From Collinsella sp. (GTDB lineage: Bacteria; Actinomycetota; Coriobacteriia; Coriobacteriales; Coriobacteriaceae), in NCBI GenBank assembly GCA_048362915.1, contig DBFPAR010000021.1:127484-191483 (forward strand): 64,000 bases of DNA, read 5' to 3'. This document shows, piece by piece, positions 1 through 10,024 of the stretch (positions within the stretch are counted from its first letter, which is position 1; the number at the start of each line of letters is the position of its first letter). The notes under the pieces were generated by a model. It saw only the letters and a list, made by a program, of their open reading frames with translations. It was not told the DNA's origin and did no database searches. The translations under genes were made by a program, and so were the position numbers.

Positions 1-557
1 ATGGCAGCGCGTGCCCCTTCAAAGGTCTCCTCGCCCGGCTGGAACAGCAGTTTGACGGTGGCATTGGCGTCGACGAGCTCGGCCTCGCGGGCCTTGAGCA
101 GGCGAGCCGCACCAAGCAGCGCCGTCGCGTGCATATCGTGACCGCAAGCGTGCATGCAGCCGTTGGTGGATGCAAAGGGCTCGCCGGATTCCTCGGCAAC
201 GGGCAGGGCGTCCATGTCGCCACGAAGCATGATGACCGTACCGGCCTGCTCATTCGTGCAGATGCCATTGCCTTGGGCCGCGGCGGCACCGGCGCCGACA
301 AGGCCCACAACGCAGGAACCATCGACGAGCGTAGCAAATGGGATGTCCATCTCGGTCAGGCGCGCTTGGATATACGTAGAGGTCTGCGGGAGGCTATTAC
401 CCAGCTCGGGCATCTGATGTAAATCGTGTCGCCACGCAGCGAGCTCATCTGCAAAAGCCTGAGCTTCTGCAACAAGACCGTCACCGATAGCGGTCTGCGC
501 CGCCGCGGTGGCCTTGGGCGCTGATTGCGGTTGAAGATCGGACAGTGCTGGTGCCAT
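1..557 (-). CDS. M20-family amidohydrolase (runs off the window start)
   Basis: Manual translation from ATG at 557 (RBS GGAGG): ...WRHDLHQMPELG...LRGDMDALP...MHACGHDMH...LLFQPGEE, the M20D motifs. Confidence 0.88.
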   Translation of the reverse strand, partial: MAPALSDLQPQSAPKATAAAQTAIGDGLVAEAQAFADELAAWRHDLHQMPELGNSLPQTSTYIQARLTEMDIPFATLVDGSCVVGLVGAGAAAAQGNGICTNEQAGTVIMLRGDMDALPVAEESGEPFASTNGCMHACGHDMHATALLGAARLLKAREAELVDANATVKLLFQPGEETFEGARAA

Positions 558-672
558 AGATGCCCTCCAGTAACGTTTTTGCAGCAAGCACTTTGATAGC
601 GTAAAGTGCAAGGTACTACTTTAAGGGCGACGCATAAAAAATGCCGCCCCGGGAGGCGGCGCAACAAATTGT

Positions 673-1656
673 TTACAATTGCGGACGCGGCTTTCGACGC
701 AAAAAATCGAAATGCGTCTCGCTCAAGATAATCGAAAGAAAGATGAGCGCGAAGCCGGCGAGCAGGCGCGAGGTGAGCGCCTCCCCCATCAGCAGCACCG
801 AGAACAGCACACCCGAAGGCGACTCCATCGAAAGGAGCAGCGAGCCCGTTGAGGCCGGGACATGCGCCAGGCCGACGTTTTGGATGAGCAGAGCCACACA
901 CGTACAGCCCACCGATAGAAACGCCATCACACCGATAAAGCTCGGCGTCCACACGGACGCGGGCGCTTGGGTCTCGAATAGCAGCGACGTTGCCAAGCTC
1001 AAGACGCCATTGCCCACAAACATCCAAAATGTGATGACGTTGATGTCCATCTTGCGACCGTATTTGGCCGTCACCGCCATCTGGATGGCAAAGAAGACCG
1101 CACCGCCCAGTGTGATGACATCGCCGACATTGAACTCGACGCTATCGAGCGCCACCAGACCAATGCCCGCCAGGCACAGCAACGCGGCGCCCAAGTTGTA
1201 ACGGGTAAGCTTTTCGCCGCTTAGGACGTAGCTCGCAAACGGCACGAGGATGCAATAGGTACCCGTCAAAAATGCACTCTTGCCCGCCGTGGTCTGTGCC
1301 AGGCCAATCGTCTGCAAACCGTACGCGCCCCACATAAGTGCGCCCATACCAAGTCCGACGATAAGGTTGCGGGCATTAAAGTGCGCGATGATGCGTTTGT
1401 GGAAGATGGCAAACATAACCAGCGAAGCCGGAAGAAAACGAATATAGAGCAGTTCGAACACCGGAATGGTGTCGAGCGCATCTTTCATGGTGGTAAAGGA
1501 ATAGCCCCAGATGACCGCCACCGATAGCAGCAAGACCTTCCAGAAGAACGGGGAACGCGCGCCGGCGCCGTGGGAGGTGCCGCCGGCGCCCAGGTCCTCC
1601 CGTGCGACAGGGCTATCGGGCATGTTTTCGATTTCGTTGGCAGCGTATTGGGCCAT
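673..1656 (-). CDS. DMT/EamA-family transporter
   Basis: About 10 hydrophobic segments in two EamA-like repeats (IWGYSF..., GLAQTTAGKSAFL, ESPSGVLFSVLLMGE). Confidence 0.88.
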   Translation of the reverse strand: MAQYAANEIENMPDSPVAREDLGAGGTSHGAGARSPFFWKVLLLSVAVIWGYSFTTMKDALDTIPVFELLYIRFLPASLVMFAIFHKRIIAHFNARNLIVGLGMGALMWGAYGLQTIGLAQTTAGKSAFLTGTYCILVPFASYVLSGEKLTRYNLGAALLCLAGIGLVALDSVEFNVGDVITLGGAVFFAIQMAVTAKYGRKMDINVITFWMFVGNGVLSLATSLLFETQAPASVWTPSFIGVMAFLSVGCTCVALLIQNVGLAHVPASTGSLLLSMESPSGVLFSVLLMGEALTSRLLAGFALIFLSIILSETHFDFLRRKPRPQL

Positions 1657-1724
1657 GGAACATCCTCACACTCAATCTTGGCGTGGTGTCCGCACGCGTA
1701 TGGCTGCGTGCCGCCTCATGGTCA

Positions 1725-1762
1725 AATAAAAACGGGGCGCACCGGACCCCCGGCACGCCCCG
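1725..1762 (-). terminator. Intrinsic terminator
   Basis: Minus-strand GC hairpin CGGGGCGTGCCGG...CCGGTGCGCCCCG followed by TTTTTATTT. Confidence 0.7.
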
Positions 1763-1980
1763 CTACTGTAGCAACAACCGGCGTTGCATCGCAATCCAGC
1801 CCACTAAAGCGTTTTGTTCCGCCGTTCTACCGAACGGCGGACCGGCCGACGCTGCGCGAGCCGCATTCACGCCAATCTGACGTTCAATTTCAAGGGCGCG
1901 ACCAGAAGGTCAGCGCCCTTTCATTTCACGTCACCTTGGCGCAAATGCGGCTCGCTCGCTGGCATTAGTGCTACATCAGC
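1762..1980 (-). other. Structured about 220-nt intergenic element (ncRNA or REPIN-like)
   Basis: Complementary ends (1762-1773/1969-1980), 100-nt hairpin 1856-1955, perfect 9-bp hairpin 1819-1840. Confidence 0.5.
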
Positions 1981-1995
1981 GTTAACGTTGCCGCA

Positions 1996-4185
1996 TTAAA
2001 TTAGCTTTGTCGACTCCAGTTTTTCGATGATCCAGTCGTTGGCTTTGATGACCGGACGGCGGAAGACGACGCCCAGGGCCAGCGACGGAATCAGATAGCT
2101 CGCCAGAATGCCCAGCTCAACCCAGTACTCCATATGGTAGGCGCCAGCCATGGCGGCATGCATGGCGTTAATGCCATGGGTAAACGGCAGGAACGGATAG
2201 ATCGCCTGGAACACAGGGCCGGTCATCTCGATGGGGAACGTACCGCCCGAACCGCCGACCTGCATGACCAGCAGCACAACGGCCAAAGCCTTGCCGATAT
2301 CGCCAAACGACACCGTAAGCGTGTATACGATATTGGAGAACACGAGACTCGCGACCCAGCCCGCCAGCACAAACTGCAGCGGGTTGTCGCACTGAATGCC
2401 AAAGAACAGGATGTCGCCCGCACACACGAGCGTTGCCTGCAGTAGAGCCAGACCGCCAAAGAACAGGTAGCGGCCCAGGTAGATCTCGTGCAGGCGCACG
2501 GGGATGAGCTCGTTGATGAGCTCATCGTCAACCGAGACCTTCATCATGGCCGCCAGCACAATCGAGCCCACCCAGAGCGACAGAATCGTGTAGAACGGTG
2601 CCATGGCCGAACCGTAGTTGCGAATCGGATAGACCGGCTTGCGATCGAGCGCGACGGGGCCGGAAAGCGACACGGCCAGACCCTCGGGATCATTGCCGAT
2701 CATCGTCTTGATCGTAGCGAGGTCATCCGACATCAAGGCGCCGTCGAGCTCGTCCTTAAACGCGCTGATCTTGTCCGACGCCTCGCCCAGCTGATCAGAA
2801 GCCTTGTTGACCAGCTTTGCAGCCTTGGAGAGGCCCTTTGCCAGCGAACCGGATGCGTCGGTCAGGCCGCCTACGGCGCTATCCAGGTCGCCCGAGATGC
2901 CATCAAGCGAGTCCAGAATGCCCGAAACCGTCTTCTTGAGCTCCTTGGCCTTAACCGAGAACGTGGAATCGTAATCGGATTTGGCACCCGCGATGCCGGC
3001 CTTGGCATCAGCGATGGCCTGATCGACCTCGGCACGCGAGTTGTTGACCTCGGCCATGCTGTCGGAGAGAGACTTCGCGGTGGCCGCCAGATCCTCGGCA
3101 TTGTTGCGGTACTCAACGGCGATTCTGCCCAGCGACGTCGCGGCGGACTTGAAGCCATCCTTCAAATTCTCATCGCTCACCTGGTCGGCAAGACTGCGGA
3201 GCTGATCGGCCATCGCATCGATATCCTTGGCGCGCGCATTGAGGGCCGCAGCGGCATCGTTGAGTTGGGACACCGTAAGGTCGACATGCTGGTTTGCGGT
3301 GTCGAACGCCTTCGCGAGCTCGGCAGACACATTGTCGAACGAACCCGCACTTCCATCGATTGCGGCATCGATGGCATCGTTTGCCGCCTTAAGCGCTTCT
3401 TTGGAATCATCGATGCCGCTTTTGGCATGTTCCATGAGCTGCTTTGTCGACTCATCGACGGCACCGGTCTGCTTGAGCATGCCGCTCGCCGACGTCAGCG
3501 AATCGGACGTGGAGCTCAAAATGCCCGCAAGCGACGTTGCGCTGGCCTGAACGTCCTGCAGGTCCTGGACCGAATCGCCGAGCGTCGAGGACAGGTTGGC
3601 GATAAAGTTGCTGACCTGGTCGGTGCTCATGTAATCGAGCAGGCTGGACACCGTCTTAAGACCGATGCTCGTAATGGTCTCGGTAAAAGTTTCGTTAACC
3701 TGGCTTTGAACGGCGCTCGAACCCTTCTCGGTCACGATCTGCGCGATGGCGTTGGCTTTCTGGTTCTCATAGAACTCGATATCAGCGTGTTTCACGTCGG
3801 TCGAGAAAAGCGTCATCATGTCAGCGCTAAACGTTTTGGGGATAACGACGGCAGCATAGTACGCGCCCGACTTAACGCCCTCGATAGCCTTTTCGCGATT
3901 GTTGAGCACAACCCAATCGAAGCTCTCGTTGCCGCGCAGGGTGGCGGTTACGTTTTCGCCCACGTTGACCTCGACGGGAATCAAATCGCTCTCGTAGCCC
4001 TCGTCGGTGTTGACCACGGCGATCTTAAGATTGCCGGTGTTGCCGTACGGATCCCAGCTGCCGGCGATGTTAAACCACGCGTACAGACACGGTACGATAA
4101 TGAGGCCCATCACGACAACCAAGCCGATCACGGAGCGAGACACGTTTTGGACATCGCGCTTAAACAGATGCAGGATGTTCTTCAT
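1996..4185 (-). CDS. YhgE/Pip-domain membrane protein
   Basis: N-terminal LYAWFNIAGSWDPYGNT motif, long coiled-coil, NYGSAMAPFY and C-terminal ABC2-like TM block. Confidence 0.92.
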   Translation of the reverse strand: MKNILHLFKRDVQNVSRSVIGLVVVMGLIIVPCLYAWFNIAGSWDPYGNTGNLKIAVVNTDEGYESDLIPVEVNVGENVTATLRGNESFDWVVLNNREKAIEGVKSGAYYAAVVIPKTFSADMMTLFSTDVKHADIEFYENQKANAIAQIVTEKGSSAVQSQVNETFTETITSIGLKTVSSLLDYMSTDQVSNFIANLSSTLGDSVQDLQDVQASATSLAGILSSTSDSLTSASGMLKQTGAVDESTKQLMEHAKSGIDDSKEALKAANDAIDAAIDGSAGSFDNVSAELAKAFDTANQHVDLTVSQLNDAAAALNARAKDIDAMADQLRSLADQVSDENLKDGFKSAATSLGRIAVEYRNNAEDLAATAKSLSDSMAEVNNSRAEVDQAIADAKAGIAGAKSDYDSTFSVKAKELKKTVSGILDSLDGISGDLDSAVGGLTDASGSLAKGLSKAAKLVNKASDQLGEASDKISAFKDELDGALMSDDLATIKTMIGNDPEGLAVSLSGPVALDRKPVYPIRNYGSAMAPFYTILSLWVGSIVLAAMMKVSVDDELINELIPVRLHEIYLGRYLFFGGLALLQATLVCAGDILFFGIQCDNPLQFVLAGWVASLVFSNIVYTLTVSFGDIGKALAVVLLVMQVGGSGGTFPIEMTGPVFQAIYPFLPFTHGINAMHAAMAGAYHMEYWVELGILASYLIPSLALGVVFRRPVIKANDWIIEKLESTKLI

Positions 4186-7002
4186 TTATGCCTCACCTCC
4201 TTTGGAGTGCTTGCCAAGCGCGGTGGTATCTCCATCATTTGTGGCTGTGCTGTCGCTGCCCTGAGATTTATGGTGCGAGCCGATATGCGGCAAGCGGCCC
4301 GTGGACTGATCGCCGCCCTTGGCACCACGCTCGCTGGCGTTGAGGCCAAACATGTGGCGGGCGGCAGGAATGGCGGCCGTGTGTTCGCGCATCTCGCGAC
4401 GCAGGTCCTCATCCGAAAGCGCCGAGATGCGCATCTGGGTATTGAGGCTCGCGCGGATATATTCGATATTGATAAGCCAGCCGCAGATGGCAATAACCGA
4501 GATGATCCAAATGACAAGCAGGATGATCTTGCCGTTATTGTCGATATCGAGAACCGTCGACAGGACAAAGAGCAGGACCTGAACGCCCACCACGGCGGCA
4601 AAACCGCCCTTGATGTAGTACGGGTAGCGATGTTCAAAGGCGACCGCATGATCGAGCAGTTCGCGACGGTACGAATCGGAATCGAGCATGACACGCATGG
4701 CCGTGCGCAGCGAGTAGCGCTGGCGCGGCAGGTCGTTGGACTCGCAAATCATCATACCGGTCGTGGAAAGCTGTTTATCAAAGAGCAGGTTAAGGTTGAG
4801 CAGCAGCGGACGCAGCTGCAGACCGATAAAGAGCGCCACGATCAAGAACACGCCCAGAATGCACAGGTTAAACAGGTAGTTGAACGAATACATGCCGCCG
4901 ACCGTCTCGCGCAGCAGATTGATGCCGTAGGTAAAGGGCAGCAGCGGGTGCAGCCACTGGAAGAAGCCTGGCATCATCTCGATGGGGTACATGCCCGACG
5001 AACCCGGGATCTGCACGATAACCAGAATGACGCCGATAGCCTTGCCGATATGCTTAAACGTGGTGGACAGCGCATAGATGATATTGACGTAGGTGAACGA
5101 GATGGCGATGCCGCCCAGCACGAACAGCAGCGGGCTGACGCACTGCACGCCGATCACCAGATCGCCTACCGTAACGATGATGGCCTGCAACGCGCCCAGG
5201 ATCACCAGGAGCAACCAGCGGCCAAAGTAGCCCTGACGCGCGGTAAAGCTGCCGATGCCTTCGCGGTCGACCTCGAGCTTGTAGATAGCGATAAGCACGT
5301 AGCCGCCCACCCACAGCGCCAGATTGGTATAGAACGGGGCAATGCCCGAACCAAAGCTCTTGACCGGGTAAATTGACTTTGAGGTCAGCTCGACCGGAGA
5401 TGCCATGAAGTCTGCAACATCATCGACGTCGACGCCCATCAGGCCGGCCAGCTCGCCCATGGACTCGGAGGTCTGTAGCGCCGCGATGTCGTTGGCGGCG
5501 GTTGCGAGCTTGTCCTGGACCTTGGCAAGCGAGGCATCGGTCTGGGACAGCGTGGTCTTGGCCTGACCGAGCGTGGCGTTGAGTTGCGAAAGTGTACCGC
5601 GCGCACTTGCAATAGTAGGCGTGAGGCCAGACACGATTCCCGTCAGATCACCCGAGACGGCGGCAAACGAATCAAGTGCGCTCGAGACCTTCGGCAGCGC
5701 GTTTTGACCCAAGTCCGTCTGAGCCTGGCCAAGGTTGGTCGCACCGGTCTGAATTGCATTATTGATAGCGCCGCTGGCACCCGAGACAGCCGCAGCGTCA
5801 TTCGCCATGGCGCTCGACTGCGCAGACAGACCGTCCTTGATGCTCTGAAGCTTTTCATTCTGCTCGCGGAGCAAATCGATGATCGATACAATGCGCGCGT
5901 CAATTTCCTTGGAACCTGTCGACGTGTCATTGACGAGAATTTCCAAGTGCCCGATAACGGCCTTATTGTGGTCGATCGTCGCTTGGAGAGACTCAAGCGA
6001 GTTGTCGATACGGGTAGTCGTAGATGCGACCGTGCCCGTCAGCTTGCCAATCGCAGCGTTTGCGGAGACTGACGTCTTGGTGAGCGCAAGGCTGCCTTCC
6101 GAGAGCGCCTTGGAGAGCGAGGCGACAGAGTTGCCCGCCGTGGCGCGAGCCTCGCCCAGCAGGTCATTGCCCTGGGAGATCACCTGCGTCAGCGACGGCG
6201 CCTGACCCTGCAGACCGGCAAGTGCCGCATCTGCCGAGGCAATGGAACCACTCGTCTTATCGATGGCGGCATTCATGTCGCCAATCGAATCACGCACTTC
6301 GCCCAACGTATCGGAAGCCTCTGATACCGAACCGGCCAACGAATCCTGAGTCTGGGTTGCCTTGTCCTTTAAATCGACTCCGGCATCCTTGGCAATACTG
6401 GCAACGGTCTCGCCCACCGTGGAGACAAATTCCGAGTTGATCTGCTCCTCGATGGTGCTTGCGCCGGTGTCGGTAACCTTGGGCGCAATAGCGCTCTTCT
6501 TCTCATTGACGTAGTACGTAAGCTTGGGCTGATGGTAGTTGCCATCGAGCATCGAAACCAGGTTATCCGAGAAGTTCTTGGGGATTACGATGGCCGCATA
6601 GTACTCACCGCTCTCGACGCCCTCCTTGGCATCGGCCGCCGAGTCAACGAAGGTCCAGCCCAGCTGATCGTTCTCCTTGAGCTGGTCGACCACTTTGTCG
6701 CCAGCGTTGAGCTCGCCCACCAAGTCGTTTTGGGTGCCCCGATCGTTGTTGGCGATGGCAATCTTGATACCCTGGGTGTTTCCGTACGGATCCCAGTTAG
6801 CCACGATGTTGTACCAGGCATACAGCGAGGGAATAACGCACACGCCAAGGGTAACCACCAAGGCGACGGGGTTCACGAGCAGTCGCTTAATGTCGCGCTT
6901 AAATATCGCAAAGGAGACCTTTGCATTGGATAGTTTGCTGCCGAGACTCACGCTTGGACCATCCATCCTGTCGTTGAATCGAATCGTACTATTGATAACC
7001 AT
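4186..7002 (-). CDS. YhgE/Pip-domain membrane protein with C-terminal extension (start uncertain, 6951-7035)
   Basis: LYAWYNIVANWDPYGNT, SFGSGIAPFY and GSSGMYPIE motifs; paralog of the adjacent gene. Confidence 0.9.
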   Translation of the reverse strand: MVINSTIRFNDRMDGPSVSLGSKLSNAKVSFAIFKRDIKRLLVNPVALVVTLGVCVIPSLYAWYNIVANWDPYGNTQGIKIAIANNDRGTQNDLVGELNAGDKVVDQLKENDQLGWTFVDSAADAKEGVESGEYYAAIVIPKNFSDNLVSMLDGNYHQPKLTYYVNEKKSAIAPKVTDTGASTIEEQINSEFVSTVGETVASIAKDAGVDLKDKATQTQDSLAGSVSEASDTLGEVRDSIGDMNAAIDKTSGSIASADAALAGLQGQAPSLTQVISQGNDLLGEARATAGNSVASLSKALSEGSLALTKTSVSANAAIGKLTGTVASTTTRIDNSLESLQATIDHNKAVIGHLEILVNDTSTGSKEIDARIVSIIDLLREQNEKLQSIKDGLSAQSSAMANDAAAVSGASGAINNAIQTGATNLGQAQTDLGQNALPKVSSALDSFAAVSGDLTGIVSGLTPTIASARGTLSQLNATLGQAKTTLSQTDASLAKVQDKLATAANDIAALQTSESMGELAGLMGVDVDDVADFMASPVELTSKSIYPVKSFGSGIAPFYTNLALWVGGYVLIAIYKLEVDREGIGSFTARQGYFGRWLLLVILGALQAIIVTVGDLVIGVQCVSPLLFVLGGIAISFTYVNIIYALSTTFKHIGKAIGVILVIVQIPGSSGMYPIEMMPGFFQWLHPLLPFTYGINLLRETVGGMYSFNYLFNLCILGVFLIVALFIGLQLRPLLLNLNLLFDKQLSTTGMMICESNDLPRQRYSLRTAMRVMLDSDSYRRELLDHAVAFEHRYPYYIKGGFAAVVGVQVLLFVLSTVLDIDNNGKIILLVIWIISVIAICGWLINIEYIRASLNTQMRISALSDEDLRREMREHTAAIPAARHMFGLNASERGAKGGDQSTGRLPHIGSHHKSQGSDSTATNDGDTTALGKHSKGGEA

Positions 7003-7178
7003 TGTACGTAGGCGCTTTAGCGTCTCAGAGCACAATGGTATTGAGTTTTGCGGGTAGCAATATACTACGAAGACGAATTAACGTACAGTTGTACAGTATC
7101 TTTAATTTCAGCAGGTCACAAAACCACAACCCCGACAAATAATTGATCCCTTGGGGACGGAGGAATCATTCAAAAGGA

Positions 7179-7248
7179 AACGAGAGTGGAAAATCTCCCA
7201 CTTCAAGCCCGCATTCGAGCCAAAAGTGGGAGATTATCCACTCTCGTT
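7179..7248. repeat. 25-bp inverted repeat downstream of htpG
   Basis: AACGAGAGTGGAAAATCTCCCACTT / AAGTGGGAGATTATCCACTCTCGTT, one mismatch, 20-nt loop. Confidence 0.75.
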
Positions 7249-7278
7249 CTAATCTAGTTACGGTGCCGTATCCCCGAA

Positions 7279-9303
7279 CTACATCAAGTTGCAAACAGCC
7301 GCCGCGAAGGCAACGGGGTCCTCGGGCAAAATGCCCTCGACCAGCAGAGCCTGGTCATAGAGCAGACCGGAGTACTGCTTGATCTTGTCGGCGTCGCCTG
7401 CCTTCTGGGCAGCGACAAGCTTGTCAAAGACCGGGTGCTTGGCGTTGAGCTCGAGCACGCGTTGGCTCTTGGGCATGCCGTCGGGCGCGCCCTCGGGTCC
7501 TTTCTGGAGCACCTTCTCCATCTCGAGCGAAAGTGGGCCCTCGGTGGTGATGCAAGCGGGGGCATCGGTCAGGCGCGCGGAGACGGCAACTTTCTCGACC
7601 TTGTCACCGAGCGCCTCCTTCATTGCGCTAAAGAGATCCTCGTTCTCCTTGGTGGCGTCCTCGGCCTCCTTCTTCTCGTCCTCGGTCGCCAGATCAAGAT
7701 CGCCAGTCGCAACGTTCTTGAGCTCCAGATGACGATCCTCGACCTCGGGCTCGGCACCGTCGGCCACGGCCTTTTCGGCAGCCTCGCGGGCAGCATCGTC
7801 CTCGTAGATCTTGGGCATATCGGCGGCAACGTACTCACGCATAGCCTGGAACGTGAACTCATCCACATCCTGCGTCAGCAGCAGCACGTCATAGCCGCGG
7901 TCGAGCACGCCCTTTACCACGGGCATCTTGGCCAAGCGCTCACGCGAATCGCCGGCGGCGTAGTAGATGGCCTTCTGATCCTCGGGCATGCCCTTGGCAT
8001 ACTCGGCCAGGGTAATCATCTTCTGTTCCTTGGCAGACCAGAACAGCAGCAGGTCGGCAAGCTCATCGGCCTTCATGCCATAGCTCGAGTAGATGCCGTA
8101 CTTAAGGCCGCGGCCAAAGTTCTCAAAGAACTTCTCGTAGGCCTCGCGGTCGTTGTCGCGCATATCCTCAAGGTCGGCGGTAATCTTCTTTTCCACACGC
8201 TTGGCGATGGCCTTGAGCTGACGGTTCTGCTGCAGCGTCTCGCGCGAGATGTTGAGCGACACGTCGGCGGAATCCACGACGCCGCGGACAAAGTTGTAGT
8301 AGTCGGGCAGCAGGTCGTCGCACTTCTCCATAATCAGGACGTTGGAGCTGTAGAGCGACAGGCCCTTCTCGTAATCTTTGCTGTACAGATCGAACGGCGC
8401 GCGACCTGGCACAAACAGCAGTGCGTCGTACTCGAGCGTACCCTCGGCGTGGAAGCTGATGGTGCGCGCCGGATCGTCAAAGTCGTGGAACGTGGACTTG
8501 TAGAACTCGTCGTAGTCCTTCTGCTCGACATCGGAGCTGCGCTTTTTCCAGATCGGCGTCATGGAGTTGACGGTCTCAAGCTCCTGGTAGTCCTCGTACT
8601 CGGGCTTGTAATCGTCGCCGGCGTCCTCGGGCTTGGGTTTCTGGCGGCTCTTGGACACCATCATCTGAATCGGGTAGCGCACATAGTTGCTGTACTGCTG
8701 AATCAGGCTCTTGAGGCCCCACTCGGTCAGGAAGCGATCGTAGGTCTCGGCCTCGCCGTCGGCGTCGAGCTTCTCGTTCTCGCGCAGCGTCAGGATGACA
8801 TCGGTACCGTGCTCGGCGCGCTCGCCGTCCTCGATGGTGTAGCCCTCAAGACCGTCGGATTCCCACACATGGGCGACATCCTCGCCGTAGGCGCGGCTGA
8901 CGACCTTCACATGGCTGGCGACCATAAAAGCCGAGTAGAAGCCCACGCCAAACTGGCCGATGATGTCGACATCCGAACCCTGCTGCTCGGCGTTCTCGGT
9001 CTTAAACTCCTCGGAGCCGGAATGAGCGATAGTGCCTAGGTTGCGCTCGAGCTCCTCGGCGGTCATGCCAATGCCGTTATCCGAGATGGTAATGGTGCGG
9101 GCGTCTTTATCAAAGGAGACGCGAATGGCCAGGTCGCCCTGGTCGATCTTGACGCTCGGGTCCTGCAGACTCTTAAAGTTGAGCTTGTCGACGGCGTCGC
9201 TCGCGTTAGAGATAAGCTCGCGCAGGAAGATTTCCTTATTGGTGTAGATGGAGTTGATCATGAGGTCGAGCAGTTTTTTGCTCTCGGTCTTAAATTGACG
9301 CAT
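7279..9303 (-). CDS. htpG: Molecular chaperone HtpG (Hsp90)
   Basis: YTNKEIFLRELISNASDA, IGQFGVGFYSAF, LNISRE. Confidence 0.98.
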   Translation of the reverse strand: MRQFKTESKKLLDLMINSIYTNKEIFLRELISNASDAVDKLNFKSLQDPSVKIDQGDLAIRVSFDKDARTITISDNGIGMTAEELERNLGTIAHSGSEEFKTENAEQQGSDVDIIGQFGVGFYSAFMVASHVKVVSRAYGEDVAHVWESDGLEGYTIEDGERAEHGTDVILTLRENEKLDADGEAETYDRFLTEWGLKSLIQQYSNYVRYPIQMMVSKSRQKPKPEDAGDDYKPEYEDYQELETVNSMTPIWKKRSSDVEQKDYDEFYKSTFHDFDDPARTISFHAEGTLEYDALLFVPGRAPFDLYSKDYEKGLSLYSSNVLIMEKCDDLLPDYYNFVRGVVDSADVSLNISRETLQQNRQLKAIAKRVEKKITADLEDMRDNDREAYEKFFENFGRGLKYGIYSSYGMKADELADLLLFWSAKEQKMITLAEYAKGMPEDQKAIYYAAGDSRERLAKMPVVKGVLDRGYDVLLLTQDVDEFTFQAMREYVAADMPKIYEDDAAREAAEKAVADGAEPEVEDRHLELKNVATGDLDLATEDEKKEAEDATKENEDLFSAMKEALGDKVEKVAVSARLTDAPACITTEGPLSLEMEKVLQKGPEGAPDGMPKSQRVLELNAKHPVFDKLVAAQKAGDADKIKQYSGLLYDQALLVEGILPEDPVAFAAAVCNLM

Positions 9304-9506
9304 GTGCAGTCCTTTCGCGCTACCCCCGTCCGCAAAAAACGGCCCGGTCGCCCGAGCCGAATCGCAGACCTGCTATGTTCAGACTTAGATTTTATAACCC
9401 ATTAGCGCGCATATATACATACGGAATCGAAAAACTGTATGTCTAAGCGCTCCGATGCGCCAATTGCCAAGGAGCGTCCCCAACTGCCGGCAGAAAAGGA
9501 ACGTCC

Positions 9507-9985
9507 CTATCTGCCATCTACGCGCTTGGCCATCCAGACATGGGGCTGGCCCTCGTCTTCGTAATCTACCGGGGCGATTTGCGTGTAGCCCGCCTTTGCA
9601 TAGAGCGGCAACACGTATTCCTGCGCATGCAGCTTAATAAGCTTAGCGCCGGCATCGCGTGCACACGAAGCACTGGCCTCGACGATCGCACTCGCCAGTC
9701 CGCGGCGACGCGCCCCATAATGTAGATCTCCCCCGCCGCAACGCCTTCGTCCATGTCGCATGCCGGCAACACCGGGGCCTCTGCGTCAGCCACGCGCTCA
9801 AGCTCTTCGGGAAACACGCGCGAGCAACCGGCAAGCTCGCCGTCTGCATAGAGCGTCACATGAATGCAGTTCGGATCCTCGTCGATAGCGTCGAACTCAT
9901 TCTCGTAGCCCTGCTCGTCCATAAAAACGACGCGGCGCACCAACGCCGCGTCATCAAAACATCCCGTCTTAAGTTGAATATCCAT
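9507..9985 (-). pseudogene. GNAT (ElaA/YjcF-like) acetyltransferase, frameshifted near 9705
   Basis: N-half (VRRVVFMDEQG...IMGRVA) and C-half (RRRGLASAIV...LHAQ...LYAKAGY...EGQPHVWM) lie in different frames. Confidence 0.8.
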
Positions 9986-10024
9986 GGCTGCCCTTTCATT
10001 CAATGCGAACGTTAGGGACAGATA

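Noticed and set aside
2488..5376. 962-aa plus-strand ORF, and similar long ORFs at 7435, 12372, 29894, 46332, 49164, 58709 and 60516
   Set aside because: Antisense shadows of well-supported genes in high-GC DNA; no protein motifs
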